A stretch of 64,000 nt of DNA from positions 1,042 through 65,041 of the forward strand of contig JBBUCK010000041.1 of NCBI GenBank assembly GCA_038057845.1, given 5' to 3'. Shown here in pieces: positions 28,773 through 38,715 of the stretch. The notes under the pieces were generated by a model that saw only the letters and a program-made list of their open reading frames with translations, had not been told where the DNA came from and made no database searches. The position numbers were made by a program, and so were the translations under genes. How positions within the stretch are numbered: the stretch's first letter is position 1; each line of letters begins with the position of its first letter. The DNA comes from Patescibacteria group bacterium (GTDB taxonomy: Bacteria > Patescibacteriota > Minisyncoccia > Phycocordibacterales > JAGLPS01).

Positions 28773-30534
28773 GGTATTTTTGGTGAAATTTAAACCATAA
28801 TGCTAGGCAAAGGAGGGACCAAATTTTATATTGAGCAGCATCGTTATGTTTTTGATAGAAATTATTAACTATATCCAGTATCTTTTCCTTTTTAAAGATT
28901 CTATATAATTCCGAATTTTCACTTAATGTTTTTTCTACAAATTTTTTTACTGTTTCTATTCGCAGCCATTCCTTAACAGGAGCACCGAATCCTTGTTTTT
29001 TCCTATATACAAAATCTTTTGGCATAATTTCACAGAGTATTTCTTTGAGAATTATTTTTCCGTTTTTCCTATCCATTTTGTATTTTTCAGGTAGATTATA
29101 GACAAATTCTGCAAGTGCATGGTCAAGGAAAGGTGATCGAATCTCAAGAGAATGCATCATGCTTGTCCGGTCTATTTTTGTGAGGAGTTGCCCAGGTAAA
29201 TATGTAGTAAGGTCGAAGAAGTTTATTTGTTGGGTACCATTTCCTTTAATTTTCCCAACATATTTTTTTTCAATACTGTCACTCAAAAATGAGATGTCTT
29301 TCCATAAGTCAAAACGATCTTTTTTTGAAAATATTGCTACATATTTTAAATGTTCTTTAAATTGATTTGAAACAAATATATTTTTTAGACGAACTATTTT
29401 GCGAGTATGCCAATATTTCCAATACCAGCCATAACCCATAAATAATTCATCAGCTCCGTCACCAGACATTGCTACTTTTACCTTCGACGATGCAAGTTCT
29501 GATATTAAGTGTTGAGAAAGATTGGATGAATCGGCATGTGGCTCATCCATGTATTCTATGACTTTTTCGAGCTCATGAGTTAATTCGCCCTTTACTTCTA
29601 AGGTGTAGTGGTCAGTTCCAATTTTTTTTGAAGCAAGTGAAGCATAGGGAAGTTCGTTTATATAATTTTCATATCCGACAGAAAATGTTTTAAGGGGATG
29701 CGTAGCATATTTCTGTGCATATGCAGTCACTAAAGTTGAGTCAACGCCTCCAGAAAGTAGACTTCCTATTTCAACATCAGCTACCATTCTTTTTTTTACC
29801 GCTTCATCAAAAAGTCTTTTTATTTCTTTTTTCGCATTATCATACGATATATTGATTGACTTGTTTTCAAGTTGCCAGTACTCCCAGGTTTCTAATTTTC
29901 CATTTTTTACGATACCTGCATGTGCTGGTAGAAGGGTATGAATATTTGAATATACAGTTTTCCATGGTGGTATATACATAAGTTGTAGGTAATTATCAAT
30001 TGCTATGAAATCAATCTTACCCTTAACTTCACCACTAGCAAAAAGCGCTTTAATTTCTGAAGCTCCCCAAAACATATCACCAACCCATGTGTAGTAGAAT
30101 GGTTTTTTACCAAATCTGTCACGTGCTATAAAAAGTTCCTGCTTAGACTCATTCCAAATAGCAAATGCGAACATTCCATCCAAATACTCTGGACACTTTC
30201 TTCCATATTCTGTATATGCTTTTAATATAACTTCAGTATCGGAATTAGTACTAAATATATGTCCTAATTCTTCAAGTTTTTTCCGAGTATCTTTATAACC
30301 ATAAATTTCTCCGTTGAAGACTATAGTGTACGGATGAGCGGTATCTTTCATTGGCTGATGTCCGCCTGAAATATCAAGAATAGAAAGACGAGTTTGAGCA
30401 AGGGTGCAGTTATCATATGTACACACACCTGTATCATCTGGGCCGCGTTTTGAAAGGGAAGAGAGCATGGAATCAATTTTTTCTTTTTCCAAATTTCCCG
30501 CAGTTTTCCCTACAATTGCAATTATTCCGCACAT
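28765..30534 (-). CDS. asnB: asparagine synthase (glutamine-hydrolysing)-type amidotransferase, likely sugar-amidating (WbpS-like) given context
   Basis: MCGIIAIVG N-terminal nucleophile Cys, SGGVDS PP-loop. Confidence 0.85.
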   Translation of the reverse strand: MCGIIAIVGKTAGNLEKEKIDSMLSSLSKRGPDDTGVCTYDNCTLAQTRLSILDISGGHQPMKDTAHPYTIVFNGEIYGYKDTRKKLEELGHIFSTNSDTEVILKAYTEYGRKCPEYLDGMFAFAIWNESKQELFIARDRFGKKPFYYTWVGDMFWGASEIKALFASGEVKGKIDFIAIDNYLQLMYIPPWKTVYSNIHTLLPAHAGIVKNGKLETWEYWQLENKSINISYDNAKKEIKRLFDEAVKKRMVADVEIGSLLSGGVDSTLVTAYAQKYATHPLKTFSVGYENYINELPYASLASKKIGTDHYTLEVKGELTHELEKVIEYMDEPHADSSNLSQHLISELASSKVKVAMSGDGADELFMGYGWYWKYWHTRKIVRLKNIFVSNQFKEHLKYVAIFSKKDRFDLWKDISFLSDSIEKKYVGKIKGNGTQQINFFDLTTYLPGQLLTKIDRTSMMHSLEIRSPFLDHALAEFVYNLPEKYKMDRKNGKIILKEILCEIMPKDFVYRKKQGFGAPVKEWLRIETVKKFVEKTLSENSELYRIFKKEKILDIVNNFYQKHNDAAQYKIWSLLCLALWFKFHQKYHE

Positions 30535-30540
30535 ATATTA

Positions 30541-30650
30541 AAAGTCTATAAAGTTCATAAAGTTTGTAAAGTCTATAAAGTCCATGAGAGTCTTAAAGTT
30601 CATAAAGTCGAAAGTCTATAAAGTCTTTATAAAACCGGAAAGCAATCTAG
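30541..30650. repeat. array of ~9 (C/T)ATAAAGTC-type short repeats
   Basis: aaagtctataaagttcataaagtttgtaaagtctataaagtcc...cataaagtcgaaagtctataaagtct. Confidence 0.7.
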
Positions 30651-30960
30651 AAATTTCAATGCATAAATTATAATATTTTTCGTATTGTTCTTTACTTATG
30701 TATTTAAGGTCTAAAGCTAGATATAACATTGACCTAATTTCTCCGCACGAACCTTTGGCAACAAATAAAAAATGTTTTAATTCCTTATCACCCCTTCTTT
30801 CAAAGCCCTCGGCAATATTATTCATTATCGATACGGATGCTCTTTGTATTTGATCCCTAAAACCAAAATCTTCACTGCCCTTAAATGTTTTATAAATAGA
30901 TAATGTTAATTCCATTGCTTTCTGCCAAGCTATAATATCTTCAAATTTTTCTATTTTCAT
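30616..30960 (-). CDS. four-helix-bundle protein (PF05635; '23S rRNA intervening-sequence protein'/Avd-like), copy A
   Basis: MKIEKFEDIIAW...IMNNIAEGFERRGDKE...KGSCGEIRSMLYLA; 86% identical to copy at 35728-36072. Confidence 0.8.
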   Translation of the reverse strand: MKIEKFEDIIAWQKAMELTLSIYKTFKGSEDFGFRDQIQRASVSIMNNIAEGFERRGDKELKHFLFVAKGSCGEIRSMLYLALDLKYISKEQYEKYYNLCIEISRLLSGFIKTL

Positions 30961-31003
30961 AAGACTTTTGACTTTAAAGACTTTACGGACATTTGACTTA
31001 TAG
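30961..31003. repeat. inverted-orientation GACTTT(A/T) repeat array upstream of 4HB copy A
   Basis: aagacttttgactttaaagactttacggacatttgactta. Confidence 0.65.
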
Positions 31004-31891
31004 TTTTATCCACTCTTTTGGCATAAGGTCCCTAATATCGTTTTTTGGAGCACCCTCAAACCATTTTTGTGGAGCGACCACAATCTTATCTTTTCGCGGA
31101 TTAAGCCACGCGCCCCACCAACTGAAGCTTGAATTGGCGATGATATGGTTTTTACATTGAGACATTAATATCATATCCTCATGATTTTTTTCCTTTCCGT
31201 TTCCTACCAGAGTGAAGGGATATTTAAGAGTTTTGAATGTTTCCGCAGCCCATTCATAATTGTCTGAGAAAATAAAAAAATGAGGAGATTTCACATGCTT
31301 GACTATGTGCTCTATAGCACGTTCGTAGTACTCGGGTGAGCATAAACTATGCCATGGTTTATGTTTTGACTCTGTATCGAAACGTGTATCGAAACGTCTT
31401 ACATGAATTGATACGGATTGCGTTTTTTGTATCTCCTCCTGTATTTTTTGGCTCTGCGGAGAGAGAGCAGCTTTCAGGGTTATTTCTTTACGCACATCAT
31501 CCTCTATGTTTTTAAAATACTTTTCTGTCTGCCAGAAACCGTCGAAATACGTTGTCCCTTTGCGTGAAAAAACATTTTGGTCGTACATAAAAGTTTTTTC
31601 CATGTAATACCAAAGACGCAGGATTTTATTAAACTTTAGGCGATGGTAAATAAAATTAAAGAATGTATTATGTTTGCGTAACCACACGAAACCAAACATG
31701 TCAGTTTCTTTTGCAATGTGCTCCTGTATATTGAATTTCGATAATTCGTAGGAGTCGGATTTGTAGTATGTATGGAAAGGAGTTACATCAAGTCGGAAGT
31801 TAGTTTTCGTGCTTACAGAGACTCCTCGCGCAAAAGCGTATTGGAATAGTTGATTGCCAAGACCGCCATTGAGTTTGACAATGATTGTCAT
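30998..31891 (-). CDS. GT11 alpha-1,2-fucosyltransferase
   Basis: KLNGGLGNQLFQYAF motif I; C-terminal IIANSSFSWWGAWLN. Confidence 0.8.
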   Translation of the reverse strand: MTIIVKLNGGLGNQLFQYAFARGVSVSTKTNFRLDVTPFHTYYKSDSYELSKFNIQEHIAKETDMFGFVWLRKHNTFFNFIYHRLKFNKILRLWYYMEKTFMYDQNVFSRKGTTYFDGFWQTEKYFKNIEDDVRKEITLKAALSPQSQKIQEEIQKTQSVSIHVRRFDTRFDTESKHKPWHSLCSPEYYERAIEHIVKHVKSPHFFIFSDNYEWAAETFKTLKYPFTLVGNGKEKNHEDMILMSQCKNHIIANSSFSWWGAWLNPRKDKIVVAPQKWFEGAPKNDIRDLMPKEWIKL

Positions 31892-32802
31892 GATGCCTTT
31901 TTAGTAAATATACGCTTAATGAAGCTTTTTAAGCTTCTCTCTTTAACGTGAATGATAAATGCACGGGGGAGTCGTATAAGAAGTAGCAAAGCGGTGAGAG
32001 GACGATAAGGAGTTCCCCGTAAAGCCTCCATGTGCCCCCCGAAGTAACTTTTAAATCGTCCAAATGGGAACATTTGGTTCTTTTCAGGATTTACAAATCC
32101 CATCTCTGTAACCTGATTTTGCCGGTTGGTAAGACTCAATTGCGGACTTGAATATCCTCCAAGGCGTTTTTTAAAGAGCATTTTCGGATCAACCATAACT
32201 CCAAAACGGCTTATGGCGGCAAGACCAATATGGTAATCTTGTCCCCACACACGTCGCTGTGGGTATGCCTGCCATATAGCCTTCGCAGCTTCAGTTCTGT
32301 AGAGCACGTATAGAAGGTTATTTTTGCCGAACCCTTCTGGTTCTAGCACATAACGTGCTACCTGCATATAACTTGGTTTGCCAGAGAGGTTCACCATCCA
32401 CGGTGACTCTAGTACTGTTCTCCCAAATGAATCTATCGTTTTGTTGCATGTAGTCGCTACTCCAATACCCTTATCTTTTTCCAAGTACTCAACACAGGTT
32501 TGCAAGTAGTCTTTTTCCCACATGTCATCTTGAGCTGCCCACATGAAATATTCGCTGTCCCCACGGTCGAGTGTAAATTTGAAATTGGCAAATAGACCAA
32601 GATTTTTCTCTTGTTTAATATACTTGATTCGAGCATCTTTTCTTGCGTATTCCTCACAGATTGCCTGCGTCCTATCTTTTGATGTGTCATCAGAAATAAG
32701 CATGACCCAATCGGTGTAAGTTTGTCCTATTAACGATTCAATCGCTTGACTGATGAACCGCTCCCCATTGTATGCAGGCATTCCTATAAATATTTTTGTC
32801 AT
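31888..32802 (-). CDS. GT2 glycosyltransferase
   Basis: IFIGMPAYNGERFISQAIESLIGQTYTDWVMLISDDTSKDRT. Confidence 0.7.
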   Translation of the reverse strand: MTKIFIGMPAYNGERFISQAIESLIGQTYTDWVMLISDDTSKDRTQAICEEYARKDARIKYIKQEKNLGLFANFKFTLDRGDSEYFMWAAQDDMWEKDYLQTCVEYLEKDKGIGVATTCNKTIDSFGRTVLESPWMVNLSGKPSYMQVARYVLEPEGFGKNNLLYVLYRTEAAKAIWQAYPQRRVWGQDYHIGLAAISRFGVMVDPKMLFKKRLGGYSSPQLSLTNRQNQVTEMGFVNPEKNQMFPFGRFKSYFGGHMEALRGTPYRPLTALLLLIRLPRAFIIHVKERSLKSFIKRIFTKKAS

Positions 32803-32803
32803 A

Positions 32804-33673
32804 TTAAATGAGTGATTTTTTAAAGCTAATCATTATTTCCTCCAATCTCTCATTATCTATAGCAGGGAGGTGCAACCCCAATGATGTAGCTTTGGCATTG
32901 GATAACACACAGTTAGTTCGTTTTGCTTTCGTGATCCCTCCCTCACCCTCCAGTTCTTCAAGTGAAATAATGGTATATGTGTGGTGGGGGTTGACTATTT
33001 TTTTGTAGGATTCCAAAATTTGCTGATGATCTATGTAGCCACTGTTAGTTATATTCAAAATTCCATGTGGTTGTAAAAAGGCCAGTTTTTCCAGAGCGGC
33101 CCACAAATCTTCAACCAGGGTTACCGAATTAGGCATGGAAATCACCTTAGGATAAGAAACAATTTTGTTTATTAAGTTTCGCGGATGGGAAAATGTGGCT
33201 ATCGGCAGTCTGATTCTTACTTGCAAAACAGGTAGTTTTTCCAATGCCTTTTGCATGACAATGCGCATTTGTGAATAAAAACTGCCAAAAAAATTAGGCT
33301 CATCCTCTTCGGTAAAAGCGGTTTCCTTACTACCGGTATATAGACATCCTGTGGAGATTTGGATGGGGTAAACACCAGTTTCTAGGGCCGCCAGTGTGAC
33401 ATTTAATACTCCGCCAACATTGATTTTTACAGTTTCTGCTTTGTTGTCTTCACACCAATCAATAGTTGGATAAGCTTTTGCTCCGGAAAGATTAATAACT
33501 ACTTCAGGCCTTACTTTTTTAAATGTAGCTATCAAAGTAGGAAAATCGGTAACATCAATTCTAGAAGTGAAAACTTGATGCCCACGTTTTTTTAAATAGT
33601 TGGCCATTCCTTCACCCAAAAAACCACTTGCTCCAAGAATATAAAATTTTATTGGTTTAATATTTTCTAGCAT
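32804..33673 (-). CDS. NAD(P)-dependent sugar-nucleotide epimerase/reductase (SDR family)
   Basis: ILGASGFLGEGMANYL Rossmann motif. Confidence 0.6.
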   Translation of the reverse strand: MLENIKPIKFYILGASGFLGEGMANYLKKRGHQVFTSRIDVTDFPTLIATFKKVRPEVVINLSGAKAYPTIDWCEDNKAETVKINVGGVLNVTLAALETGVYPIQISTGCLYTGSKETAFTEEDEPNFFGSFYSQMRIVMQKALEKLPVLQVRIRLPIATFSHPRNLINKIVSYPKVISMPNSVTLVEDLWAALEKLAFLQPHGILNITNSGYIDHQQILESYKKIVNPHHTYTIISLEELEGEGGITKAKRTNCVLSNAKATSLGLHLPAIDNERLEEIMISFKKSLI

Positions 33674-33748
33674 AAAATTTTTTTAAAAAATGAAGCCAAG
33701 GTAACCAGAAATCGGTATTTTCCGTTTAGTTTTCATAATAAATTATAA

Positions 33749-34432
33749 TCAACCAACTCTTTTTAAATAACCGTTTACATTAAAAGTAGCGTTTTTCCCG
33801 AACATATCGCAGTATTTTCTGTCGGAAGTAAAGTTTTCATTTGATTCAAGAAACTCACGTATCGCTTTAAGTGGTCCACCATGAAAACCCTCCTCACGTC
33901 TCAATGTGCTCACTATTCCATCCTCTACAATATAGTACGACCCTATACTCACAAGAGGAGAGAACGTATATAGTGCTTCAAGGCTGTCTTCGTACATATG
34001 AGAAGCATCCTCAATCACAAGTATTTTTTTGAAAACTTTTGCTTCATTAATATCATAATTTTTGAAACCTCCAGTGAATAATTTTATACGAGGATGCATT
34101 GCAACTATATCGGAGGTTTTCTTTTCAATATCTATACTATGTATTGTCCCGTGACCGAGAATATTCATCATGTCAGCGATATATAATGTAGTTCCGCCAA
34201 GATTAGTTCCTATTTCAATGACAAGATCTGGTTTTATTTCAGAAATAATCATTTGGTACATGACATAATCAAATGGACAGCGAAGAGCGGGAATACCCCG
34301 ATATAGCACATTAAAAGTTCCCGAGTAGATCGTTCTGGCATTAAAAAGAACTTTTTCCTCGTCTGGAACGTGTAGAAGTCTTCTTCTTATCAGTTTGATG
34401 GCTGTTTTAGCTTTTTTGAAAGGGTTAAACAT
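33749..34432 (-). CDS. CmcI/cephalosporin-hydroxylase-family class I methyltransferase (sugar O-methyltransferase-like)
   Basis: LVIEIGTNLGGTTLYIADMM and overall CmcI-like layout. Confidence 0.6.
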   Translation of the reverse strand: MFNPFKKAKTAIKLIRRRLLHVPDEEKVLFNARTIYSGTFNVLYRGIPALRCPFDYVMYQMIISEIKPDLVIEIGTNLGGTTLYIADMMNILGHGTIHSIDIEKKTSDIVAMHPRIKLFTGGFKNYDINEAKVFKKILVIEDASHMYEDSLEALYTFSPLVSIGSYYIVEDGIVSTLRREEGFHGGPLKAIREFLESNENFTSDRKYCDMFGKNATFNVNGYLKRVG

Positions 34433-34438
34433 CGTATT

Positions 34439-35704
34439 TTATTCTATATCCCACTTAAGGCGCGGCCTTACTACACCTGGAATGCGTTGATTGAAATCCA
34501 TTTTCTTTGTGTGCTCTATATCCTCAACCACTTGAAAGGTGATGGCCTCGCGTTCATAAAGGTGTATTTTAAGAGGCATCATAGTTGAGATAGCGACGCC
34601 GACTATATACGTACCATCATTAAGAAGGTCTTTCGGTATCCATGCTGTTGTTTTATGTATTCCCACATTATCAAGCTTCTCATGAAAATCAGCGTGACTT
34701 ATGAAAGCGTACTCTTCTCTATTTGTGAAGACATGAATATTGGGAGTGGGGGAGAAGCTTTTTTGTAGAACTTCATACACAATTTCAACCCCAACTTCTT
34801 GATTTGAGTAGGCGTAGGGGGCAGACTTACCCTCTGTGTTAATGAGTCTCACTGAATTGAGGTGAACAATTTCGTTTCCAGGACGTTCCCGCTCTTTCCA
34901 AATCGTTTCTGTGTCGTTTGAATTTGTGCTATTGAGGTAGTAATTGACGACTTCCTCCGTCTTTCCAAACATTTCTACTTGCCCTTTTTTGAGCAAAATG
35001 GTTTTCGAACAAAGTCGCTGAATTGCTGCCATATTATGGCTCACGAAGAGAATTGTGCGTCCTTTCTTACTTGTGACCTCTTCCATTTTGCCGAGACATT
35101 TTTTTTGAAATTCTGCATCACCGACAGCGAGGACTTCATCAACAAGGAGAATGTCTGGTTCCATATGAGCAGCCACAGAGAAAGCAAGGCGGACATACAT
35201 ACCACTCGAGTAATATTTCACAGGGGTGTCAAGGAATTTTTCAATACCAGAAAAGGCGACAATTTCGTCAAATTTCTTCACAATTTCTTTTTTGGTCATA
35301 CCGAGAATAGCACCGTTAAGAAAGATATTTTCTCGTCCGGTAAGCTCAGGGTGAAAGCCGGTGCCGATTTCAAGAAGCGAGGCGACTTTTCCGTGCATAA
35401 CGATTTCACCCTCGGTCGGTGGAGTGATGCCTGTGAGAATTTTCAAAAGTGTGGATTTTCCGGCCCCATTTCTCCCAATAATACCGATTATTTCGCCCTG
35501 TTTAATTTGAAGGTTAATGTTCTTGAGTGCCCAAAATTCTTCTTTTTTTTCAAGTCCTACCACCTGTTTCACTTTATTTTTTGCAAACCGAAAAGGATTT
35601 TTAAAAACATTTGTAAGCACATCACGCAACGCAATATATCCACCTCGTCCCCGTGTGATATTATATTTTTTCCCTACGTTTTTTATTTCAATGATAGAGT
35701 CCAT
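34439..35704 (-). CDS. wzt: ABC transporter ATP-binding protein, Wzt/TagH/KpsT-type with C-terminal extension (putative glycan-binding domain)
   Basis: GIIGRNGAGKST Walker A, LSGGQ-like YSSGM, ILLVDEVLAVGD; 421 aa (~170-aa C-terminal extra domain). Confidence 0.8.
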   Translation of the reverse strand: MDSIIEIKNVGKKYNITRGRGGYIALRDVLTNVFKNPFRFAKNKVKQVVGLEKKEEFWALKNINLQIKQGEIIGIIGRNGAGKSTLLKILTGITPPTEGEIVMHGKVASLLEIGTGFHPELTGRENIFLNGAILGMTKKEIVKKFDEIVAFSGIEKFLDTPVKYYSSGMYVRLAFSVAAHMEPDILLVDEVLAVGDAEFQKKCLGKMEEVTSKKGRTILFVSHNMAAIQRLCSKTILLKKGQVEMFGKTEEVVNYYLNSTNSNDTETIWKERERPGNEIVHLNSVRLINTEGKSAPYAYSNQEVGVEIVYEVLQKSFSPTPNIHVFTNREEYAFISHADFHEKLDNVGIHKTTAWIPKDLLNDGTYIVGVAISTMMPLKIHLYEREAITFQVVEDIEHTKKMDFNQRIPGVVRPRLKWDIE

Positions 35705-35742
35705 AAAGTTTGTAAAGTCATTAAAGTCTATAAAGTCTTGAT
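35701..35742. repeat. ATAAAGTC-type repeat array downstream of 4HB copy B
   Basis: ccataaagtttgtaaagtcattaaagtctataaagtcttg. Confidence 0.65.
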
Positions 35743-36072
35743 AAATCCCGAAAGCAACCTTGAGATTTCAACAGATAAATTATAATACTTTTCGTATTCT
35801 TCTTTATTTATATATTCAAGACTTAGAGCCAAATATAACATTGACCTAACTTCTCCACATGACCCCTTCGCAATAAATAAGAAATGTTTGAATTCTTTAT
35901 CACCTCTCCTTTCAAACCCCTCGGCAATATTATTCATTATTGACACAGACGCTCTTTGTATTTGGTCTCTAAATCCAAAATCTTTACTACTTATGAACGC
36001 TTTATAAATAAGTAGCGTTAATTCTTTTGCCTTTTCCCATGCTATGATATCTTCAAATTTTTCTATTTTCAT
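35728..36072 (-). CDS. four-helix-bundle protein (PF05635/Avd-like), copy B, located between wzm and wzt
   Basis: 98/114 aa identical to copy A; ~60 bp of 3' flank and 5' flank also conserved between copies. Confidence 0.8.
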   Translation of the reverse strand: MKIEKFEDIIAWEKAKELTLLIYKAFISSKDFGFRDQIQRASVSIMNNIAEGFERRGDKEFKHFLFIAKGSCGEVRSMLYLALSLEYINKEEYEKYYNLSVEISRLLSGFIKTL

Positions 36073-36117
36073 ATAACTTTTGACTTTACGGACTTTATAG
36101 ACCTTTGACTTTTTACT
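36073..36117. repeat. inverted-orientation GACTTT(A/T) repeat array upstream of 4HB copy B
   Basis: ataacttttgactttacggactttatagacctttgacttttt. Confidence 0.65.
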
Positions 36118-36939
36118 CTATATGATATCAGCGAAATATCGTTCAACTTTTTTGAAATAAATTATGCCAATAGTGAAAAGCACAGCACATGCGGCAAAAG
36201 AAATTGAAACAAGTGCAAAATTAATAGGCGCTGTGCCGAGGAGCCCTGCGCGTGCAGTTTGAATGACGCCCATCATTGGATTGAATGCGAGGATCCATGA
36301 ATATTTTCCTGCGATACTCGCTGGATAAATAACAGGGGTAATAAAGAGAAGAATTTGGATGAAAAAGGGAAGTATGTAACGAACATCGCGATATTTTACA
36401 TTGACTGCGGCGAGGAAAAGCCCACCCCCGACTGCTGCCATGAAAGTAATCATAAGAAGGATGGGGAGAATGAGAACCCCTGCTAGGTGTGGTGCATAGC
36501 CATAATAGACCATCATCCCTACGAGGATGACCGAGGAAATAGCGAAATCAACAAACTTTGTCGCCACTGCTGAAAGAGGGAGAATAAGGCGAGGGAAATA
36601 GACTTTGGTGATAATTGATTGGTTGCTAATGAGAACATTGCTTGTTTCTGAAAGAGCACTTGAAAAAAATTGCCAAAAGAGGAGGCCTGTGTAGACAAAA
36701 ATTGGGTAAGGAATCCCATCGGAGGGAATCTTAAGAAGTGTGCCAAAAAAGAAACTAAAAACAACCATTGTCATAAACGGTTGAAAAACTGCCCATAGAA
36801 CGCCGATGACAGTTTGTTTGTAGCGTACCTTAAAATCACGCCAGGTAAAAAAATAGAGAAGCTCTTTGTAACGCCAAACCTCTTTCAGGTCCTCAAAGCT
36901 GAATACTTTTTTCGGTTTTATAACGGTAACTTTACTCAT
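36118..36939 (-). CDS. wzm: ABC-2 type transporter permease (Wzm/TagG-like)
   Basis: 6 TM helices, 273 aa, adjacent to wzt-type ATPase. Confidence 0.75.
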   Translation of the reverse strand: MSKVTVIKPKKVFSFEDLKEVWRYKELLYFFTWRDFKVRYKQTVIGVLWAVFQPFMTMVVFSFFFGTLLKIPSDGIPYPIFVYTGLLFWQFFSSALSETSNVLISNQSIITKVYFPRLILPLSAVATKFVDFAISSVILVGMMVYYGYAPHLAGVLILPILLMITFMAAVGGGLFLAAVNVKYRDVRYILPFFIQILLFITPVIYPASIAGKYSWILAFNPMMGVIQTARAGLLGTAPINFALVSISFAACAVLFTIGIIYFKKVERYFADII

Positions 36940-36984
36940 AATTTAAAATTCTCTTTGGACCATTTGTACGTTCATGATATCAGA

Positions 36985-37090
36985 ACTATTATAATGCTCT
37001 ATAGATTTCGTACGGGATTCTATGTTTGTTATCATAATAAAACAAAATAGCAAGAAGTGTCAATAGGTATCAAAAGGTATCACCAGATTA
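36985..37090. repeat. ~100-bp intergenic repeat shared with 43550-43660 (the right flank of the 43.4-kb structured element), lacking the GC-rich core
   Basis: tttcgtacgggattctatgtttgttatcataataaaacaaaatagcaagaagtgtcaatagg vs tttcgtaaacttctaacgggattccatatgtagtatcataataaggcaagatagcaagaagtgtcaacagg. Confidence 0.55.
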
Positions 37091-37114
37091 AGAATCTTTT
37101 TGGAGCGCTCCTAC

Positions 37115-37957
37115 CTATTTTGTAGGCTTCCATTCAGTAGTAAGGTATTCAGTCAGAGCTTCTTTCCAAGGACGCATAAGGTTGACTTTTGATTTTGCCG
37201 ATTCATTTCCTACACGGCGTGCAGGCAGATTAAAATAGCTTGAATCAACGGCAACGACCTTAGTTTCCGGCTTCATAAACTCAACAATATGTTTCGCAAT
37301 GTCATAGCGGCTACAGATACCTTTATTAGTGAGATGGAAAATTCCTTTCGCATTTTTCAAAATAAGTTTTTTAAGTGTCGCTATTAAGTCTTTGGCAAAT
37401 GTAGGCGAACCTATGACATCATCAAGAGCCTTTATTTCGAGGATATCTTTGTTTCCAAGTTGCGTAATAATTTTAGCCACGAACTTTTTATCTCGACTCG
37501 GTCCACCGCCAAACATCCATCCCGACCTCGCGATAATATAATCTTTAAGCAAGGCCTGCACAATGAGTTCCCCAGCATATTTTGAGTGGCCATAATAATT
37601 TTGAGGGTTCGGGGTGTCGCTTTCTGTGTACGGTCCTTTTTTTGTACCGTCAAATACGCCTATTGAAGATACGTATACAAATTTAGCTTCGACTGCTTGA
37701 GCGGCTAACGCCATATTATATGTGCCAATAGTATTTACCTCATAGGCATACGATGGGTTTTTTTCTTGAGCATCGAGATCAGTCAATGCTGCAAGATGAA
37801 TAATAACTTTAGGTTTGTGCCTTTTAACAACAGCAAAAACTTCATTCAGGTTCGTTACGTCAAGCGACTCTCTATCTGTTTTTATTCCAAAGTCGACATA
37901 GGACCCAACCATGCCGTCTGCCCCTGTGATAAGGGTTTTTGGGATTTTATTTTTCAT
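37115..37957 (-). CDS. rmlD: dTDP-4-dehydrorhamnose reductase-like (ORF track extends to 38053; start at MKNKIPKT more likely)
   Basis: ITGADGMVGS, YGHSKYAGE (Y-x3-K). Confidence 0.65.
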   Translation of the reverse strand: MKNKIPKTLITGADGMVGSYVDFGIKTDRESLDVTNLNEVFAVVKRHKPKVIIHLAALTDLDAQEKNPSYAYEVNTIGTYNMALAAQAVEAKFVYVSSIGVFDGTKKGPYTESDTPNPQNYYGHSKYAGELIVQALLKDYIIARSGWMFGGGPSRDKKFVAKIITQLGNKDILEIKALDDVIGSPTFAKDLIATLKKLILKNAKGIFHLTNKGICSRYDIAKHIVEFMKPETKVVAVDSSYFNLPARRVGNESAKSKVNLMRPWKEALTEYLTTEWKPTK

Positions 37958-38684
37958 TTTTCCGCTGCTTTTTTGCCAAGAAAATGCCTGCTTCAAGGAG
38001 TGAGTCGATGGTACCCGCGTCAAGCCAAAATCCGGAGACAAAAGAAAAATCAAGTCTATTGTGCTTTAAATACATATTATTTAAATCGGTAACTTCAAGT
38101 TCTCCACGAGAAGAGGGTTTAAGTTTTTTTATATACGAGAAAATACTGGAATCATAGAGATAAAATCCTGTCTGAGCATAGGGCGATTTCGGTTTCTTTG
38201 GTTTTTCTTCTATTGCAATAATTTTTTTACCGGTTTTATCAAATACAGGAACTCCATATCGTTTTGCATCTGGTACTTTTTTTAGAAAAATTGTTGCGCC
38301 CGTTTCAAACTTTTTAATTGCTTTCAAAAAGTCATTTTCGAAAATATTGTCTCCCAATATAACAGCAATGTTACCGTTTTCTGCAAAATCCTGAGCGTAG
38401 GAAAGAGCATCTGAAATACCACCATTGTCCTTGTCTTGTAATGCGTAGGAAAACTCTACACCGTATTCCTTTCCGGAACCTAAAAAATTCATAAAATGAC
38501 CGGCATGCTCGCGACCACACACTATCATAATTTCTTTCAATCCTGACCGCCGCAATGTTTCAATGCTATAGAGAATCATCGGTTTGTTGTAGACCGGAAG
38601 AAGGTGTTTATTCGTGATCTTTGTGAGGGGGGAAAGTCGTGTTCCCAAACCCCCCGCCAAAATTACTCCTTTGATTTTTTCCAT
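37947..38684 (-). CDS. rmlA: sugar-1-phosphate nucleotidylyltransferase, RmlA-like (short form)
   Basis: GVILAGGLGTRLSPLTKITNKHLLPV. Confidence 0.65.
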   Translation of the reverse strand: MEKIKGVILAGGLGTRLSPLTKITNKHLLPVYNKPMILYSIETLRRSGLKEIMIVCGREHAGHFMNFLGSGKEYGVEFSYALQDKDNGGISDALSYAQDFAENGNIAVILGDNIFENDFLKAIKKFETGATIFLKKVPDAKRYGVPVFDKTGKKIIAIEEKPKKPKSPYAQTGFYLYDSSIFSYIKKLKPSSRGELEVTDLNNMYLKHNRLDFSFVSGFWLDAGTIDSLLEAGIFLAKKQRKNEK

Positions 38685-38715
38685 TTTGATTTTTTAATTG
38701 GCAGCTTCACAGAGT

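Noticed and set aside
34979-35785. 268-aa ORF on + strand (and many other 60-160 aa ORFs such as 440-808, 2540-2947, 16367-16849, 49369-49818)
   Set aside because: Entirely antisense to or nested within well-supported genes (wzt, SecA, GT genes), low-complexity or Cys/Arg-rich translations typical of shadow ORFs.
30616-36072. Diversity-generating retroelement (the 4HB proteins are Avd-like)
   Set aside because: No reverse transcriptase ORF and no template/variable repeat pair with adenine-specific differences found anywhere in the window.
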